Position numbers and translations under genes: made by a program. A model generated the notes under the pieces. That model was not told the origin of the DNA. It was given only the letters and a program-made list of their open reading frames with translations, and searched no databases. From Candidatus Eiseniibacteriota bacterium (GTDB taxonomy: Bacteria > Eisenbacteria > RBG-16-71-46), in the NCBI GenBank assembly GCA_031366795.1, contig JANLOX010000068.1, positions 1 through 11,310 on the forward strand: a stretch of DNA of 11,310 nucleotides, written 5' to 3'. Positions 7,881 to 11,310 of the stretch are shown here, one piece after another (within the stretch, counting starts at the first letter, position 1; each line of letters begins with the position of its first letter).

Positions 7881-8443
7881 GGTGTGGCGATGGGAATCGA
7901 AGCCTCACCGCTGGTTGCCGCACGATTCGGCGAGTTGCTCTACGTGTTCGACCGGCTGGTGCTGTTGTGTTCGCAGTCGAGTTGCTGACGCGCTGCTTCA
8001 TCCATCATGGCCGCTTTTTCGAGGATCCCTGGCGCGTGTTTGATCGCTTGGTCGTGGGGATAGCGGTAGATCCTGCGGGGAGTGCCTTCGCCGTCCTGCC
8101 CGTCTTGCGCGTGCTGCGCGTACGCCGACGGGTGTCCCTGGTGCCGTCGATGCGCCGGGTGATCGGCGCCCTGCTCAATGCACTGCCAAGCATGACATCG
8201 ATCTTCGGCGTCATGGCGCAGTCGCCGCATTCCTGGGGCTTCTTCGCCGTCTACCTTCTCGTCGCTACATTCATGGTTCTGAACCTGTCCATTGCAGTAG
8301 CCGTAAACGCGAGCAGTCACCGGTCACAGAGGACCTCAAGGACGAGGGAGAACCGCACACCCGACTGATCCTCGAAGAAGCACGCGCGTTGCCGCGAGAA
8401 ATCGAGGCGTTGCGTGGGCCATCGGGATCGCGACCTCGTGTAG
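7881..8443 (+). pseudogene. Degenerate bacterial voltage-gated sodium channel (BacNav / Ion_trans family) lacking S5 and the pore loop
   Basis: Stitched translation: GVAMGIEASPLVAARFGELLYVFDRLVL / (frameshift ~7965) VFAVELLTRCFIHHGRFFEDPWRVFDRLVVGIAVDPAGSAFAVLPVLRVLRVRRRVSLVPSMRRVIGALLNALPSMTSIFGVM-AQSPHSWGFFAVYLLVATFMVLNLSIAVAVNA / (frameshift ~8312) QSPVTEDLKDEGEPHTRLILEEARALPREIEALR. This fits BacNav S1-S4 (FF.DPW..FD, an Arg-repeat S4, PSMRRV..AL), S6 (F..LNL.IA..VNA) and a C-terminal coiled coil. The N-terminus and the TLESW filter are absent. The 3' end is approximate. Confidence 0.88.
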
Positions 8444-8556
8444 ATTTGCACCGACGGGCCCGGCATTGTAGTCAGCGATGATCGCAAGAAGGTGCCAGCG
8501 GCGTCATCGGACTGTTGAACGTCTGGGGGCTGCCCCACGAACAAGGAGTGTTGCGA

Positions 8557-9624
8557 ATGTTTTGGATATGGGCAGGATTCATCCTCGTGGTTCTACTGAT
8601 GCTGGCGCTGGACCTCGGGGTCTTCCATCGGAAAGCCCATGTGGTCACCCTGAAAGAGGCCCTCACGTGGTCCGCCGTTTGGGTCACGCTGGGGCTGTCC
8701 TTCTCCTTGTTTGTGTATTACGGGTACGAGAACCACTGGCTGGGAATGGGAAGTGCGATCGATGCCGTCGACGGGGTGACCAACAACGGCATGACGGCGA
8801 CGATCAAGTACCTGACGGGGTACGTCGTTGAGAAGTCGCTGAGTATCGACAACGTCTTCGTGATCGCAATGATCTTCGGCTTCTTCGCGGTTCCGCCGAT
8901 CTACCAGCATCGAGTGCTGTTCTGGGGCATCCTGGGCGCCCTGGTGATGCGCGGGGCCATGATTGCACTGGGCGCAACCTTGATTGCCCAGTACCACTGG
9001 ATCCTCTACGTTTTTGGAGGCTTCCTGATCTTCACCGGAATCAAGATGCTGGTCTTGAAGACGGATCACACGGACCCCAGCCAGAACATCATCGTACGGC
9101 TCACCCGGCGTTTCTTCCCGATCACCACGCGGTTCCACGGACAGCACTTCGCCGTTCGGGCTGGAGCAGCGGCCTCATACGAGAGCGAGTTCCCTGGGAC
9201 GGCCGCGCTCCCGGATGAGGCAGTGAATATAGCCAGGCCCGGCACATGGATGCTCACGCCCCTGGCCTTGGCCCTGATCATGGTCGAGTTCACGGATCTG
9301 ATCTTTGCGGTGGACTCGATCCCCGCGATCTTCGCGATAACAGGCGATCCGTTCCTGGTCTTCACCAGTAATGTCTTTGCAATCCTTGGCCTCCGGTCTC
9401 TCTATTTCGCGCTGGGAGGCATGCTCGACAGGTTCAGGTACCTCAAGGTGGCACTCGCGGTGGTGTTGATGGTGGTTGGCGTGAAGATGCTGATAGTAAA
9501 GTGGCTCAAGGCGATGCTCGGCAGCGGATTCAATTTCTACCTGCTCGGCGTCGTGCTATTGATTCTCGGGGCAGGCGTAGCACTGTCCCTGATTGCTGAA
9601 CGTCGCGACGGGCGCGCCGCCTGA
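8557..9624 (+). CDS. terC: TerC/Alx-family integral membrane protein (metal/Mn2+ homeostasis)
   Basis: Motifs LALDLGVFHRK, Y.TGY.VEKSLS.DNVFV, QHRVLFWGILGAL.MRG, E.TDL.FAVDSIPAIFAIT.DPF.V.TSNVFAILGLRSLYF and F.YLK..L..VL..VG.KML. AAGGAG at 8543-8548 lies 8 nt before ATG 8557; the ORF-track start at 8515 is unlikely. Confidence 0.96.
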   Translation: MFWIWAGFILVVLLMLALDLGVFHRKAHVVTLKEALTWSAVWVTLGLSFSLFVYYGYENHWLGMGSAIDAVDGVTNNGMTATIKYLTGYVVEKSLSIDNVFVIAMIFGFFAVPPIYQHRVLFWGILGALVMRGAMIALGATLIAQYHWILYVFGGFLIFTGIKMLVLKTDHTDPSQNIIVRLTRRFFPITTRFHGQHFAVRAGAAASYESEFPGTAALPDEAVNIARPGTWMLTPLALALIMVEFTDLIFAVDSIPAIFAITGDPFLVFTSNVFAILGLRSLYFALGGMLDRFRYLKVALAVVLMVVGVKMLIVKWLKAMLGSGFNFYLLGVVLLILGAGVALSLIAERRDGRAA

Positions 9625-9630
9625 CCCGGC

Positions 9631-10245
9631 CTATTGGATAAACACGCAGCGCCCGCCGAGCACGCCTTCCGATGCCTCGATGCGATAGAAGTAGATACCC
9701 GAAGAGAGCGGCGCGTGACGGCAATTGCGCGCATCGAGATCCAGCCGGTGACGCCCAGGCGCCAGGCTCTGCCCATTGATCAGTTCGCGAACGCGGCGGC
9801 CGCTGGCGTCGTACAGCGCGGCGCGCGCGAAGCCTTCACGCGTAGTCACGAAGCTCAAGCGCGTTCCACCGCGCGTCGGATTGGGTGTGTTCGCGGCGCT
9901 GAACGCCAGCGGCGCCGCGATTTCGTCCGCTCCCGCCAGCGGCTCCACCGCGGTGCCATCGCCCGAAGTGACGGCGTTTGCGGACACGCTCAGCAGTGTG
10001 ATCGACGCGTCGTCGACACGGAACGTCTCGCCACTGGCGACCGGCGCATCGGTGACCCGCAACGACAACGCGGTACCCGCAACGCGGACGGTGTAGTCCA
10101 CGGCGAGCAATTGCCAGCCCGAGGTCAGCGCCAGCTCGGGCGAGTACCTGGTGCTGCCGTGCTGCACCGCATCGAGCAATTCAGAGACGCGCAGCTTTAC
10201 CTTGCCCCGGATCGTCCCCTGAGCCTTCACCCACGCCGAGAAGTC
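9631..10245 (-). pseudogene. 5'-truncated gene for an extracellular protein: CBM4/9-like beta-sandwich followed by a FlgD-Ig / T9SS-type-A-like C-terminal domain
   Basis: The frame extends upstream of the track's GTG as DFSAWVKAQG...W.....DY......F.VDD.SI, a CBM4/9-like pattern. C-terminus reads PNPTRGGT.LSF......ARAALYDASGRRVREL......PGRH.L.LD.......LSSGIYFYRI. There is no signal peptide or SD. Homology begins mid-domain at the junction with the transposase, and the upstream frame closes at TAG 10323-10321. Confidence 0.75.
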
Positions 10246-11310
10246 GAGGACATCCGCGTTCTGAGCGAGGACAAGGGACTGGAGCGGCTGCTGGGCGGAC
10301 CGGCCACGGGGGAAGAAGGCCTACGTGCCGCCGGAGTCGTTGGGCCTGCGAGCACTCGATACGATCAATCGGGAACGGGTCGCCCGCGCAGCGGCACGCA
10401 CCCCGACCCGGGCGACGATCGACCACGACGGAACGATCATCGAGGCACACAAGCGTGACGCGAAGGTGGCCTACGAAGGCACGCGCGGCTCCCAGCCGCT
10501 GGTGGCAGTGTGGGCGGAGGAGCAACTGATCGTGGCGGACGAGTTCCGCGACGGCAACGTGGCCGGTGGCGAGGACCCGCTGTCGGTGGCAAAGCGGGCG
10601 ATGGAGAACCTGCCGTCGTGGGTGCGGGAGCGCTCCTTTCGTGGGGACTCGGCGGCGTACTGCACCCCACTGCTCAAGTACCTGGTGGGCGAAGGGATCG
10701 GCTTTACCATCAGTGCCGACATGACGAAGGAGTTGCGTGCCTGCTGCCTGGCGGTCCCGCGCGAAGGCTGGGTGGAGCTGGAGAAACGCGAGAGCGATCA
10801 GGTCGATGTTGCTGAGCTGGAGTTCACCCCGGGGGACTGGCCGAAGCAGGCGCTCCCGCTGCGGTATGTGGCGGTACGGTTCACGCCGCTGCAGGACGAG
10901 ATGTTCGAAACGATGACGCCGAAGCACCTGGCGATCGTGAGCAACCGCGCGGAGGTGGATGCGGGAGGGTTGGTGCGCTGGCACTGGGAGAAGGCGGGCA
11001 CCATCGAGCACGTGCACCGGGTCATGAAGGACGAACTCGGCGCCGGAGTGATGCCGAGCGGTCGCTTCGGTGCCAACGCGGCGTGGTTCCGCATCAACGC
11101 ACTGACGTTCAACGTGCTCACGGTGCTCAAGCGACGGGCGCTGCCCGAGCGCCTGCGCGACGCCCGGCCCAAGCGACTGCGCTTCGAGTTGTTCACCCTG
11201 CCGGGCAAGCTGACCGTCCATCAGGGTCGGCTGTCGGTCCGAACCTCGGCTCGCGAGGAGCGGCTGCAGGAAGTCATCGAGGCCCGTGGCCGACTGCTGG
11301 CGATGCACCA
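10240..11310 (+). mobile_element. IS1380-family DDE transposase, 5'-truncated with an internal frameshifting deletion; continues past the window end
   Basis: Not in the ORF track. Frame 1 at 10240-10296: EVEDIRVLSEDKGLERLLG. Frame 2 is open from ~10292 to the window end: WADRPRGKKAYVPPES...ATIDHDGTIIEAHKRDAKVAYEG.RG.QP...DEFRDGNV...FRGDSAAY...FTISADMT...WHWEKAGTIEHVHRVMKDELGAGVMPSGRFGANAAWFRINAL.FN...RPKRLRFELF..PG. The motifs and putative catalytic D (DHD), D (RGDS) and E (TIE) fit DDE_Tnp_1_4/IS1380. No left terminal IR is visible. Confidence 0.9.

Noticed and set aside
7679..8368. 229-aa plus-strand ORF as an intact gene
   Set aside because: Only residues from ~7965 to ~8311 are channel-like. 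The N-terminal part is a low-complexity Arg/Gly/Pro read-through of the putative leader, and homology continues in other frames.
8488..8537. Faint resemblance to the reverse complement of a yybP-ykoY riboswitch
   Set aside because: Wrong orientation relative to terC, and the key conserved nucleotides are missing.
10181..11308. 375-aa minus-strand ORF
   Set aside because: Antisense shadow of the plus-strand IS1380 transposase frame.
1..11310. CRISPR array, rRNA or tRNA genes
   Set aside because: No regularly spaced direct repeats and no RNA gene signatures seen.

Overview
High-GC bacterial window in two parts. The C-terminal 'PNP...YD.SGRRVR...SG.YFYR' sorting domain suggests an FCB-related lineage such as Ca. 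Eisenbacteria, which is inference only. Left part (1-7430): seven tightly packed minus-strand genes. The alpha subunit (5504-7315) and beta subunit (start 212, running off the window) of a 2-oxoacid:ferredoxin oxidoreductase are separated by five unrelated genes: a PhzF-family isomerase, ychF, a HEAT-repeat protein, an LCM-type SAM methyltransferase and a secreted serine hydrolase. A good sigma70-like promoter lies upstream of the alpha gene. Right part (about 7690-11310): a decaying accessory region containing a candidate ~180-nt structured leader RNA with mutually exclusive SD/anti-SD pairing, a pore-deleted and frameshifted bacterial voltage-gated Na+ channel (BacNav) pseudogene, an intact TerC/Alx gene, a 5'-truncated CBM4/9-like + FlgD-Ig/CTD gene, and a 5'-truncated, internally deleted IS1380-family transposase absent from the ORF track. 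Three deletion junctions in this region appear to sit on short microhomologies. All family calls come from motif recognition by eye; no database searches were run.
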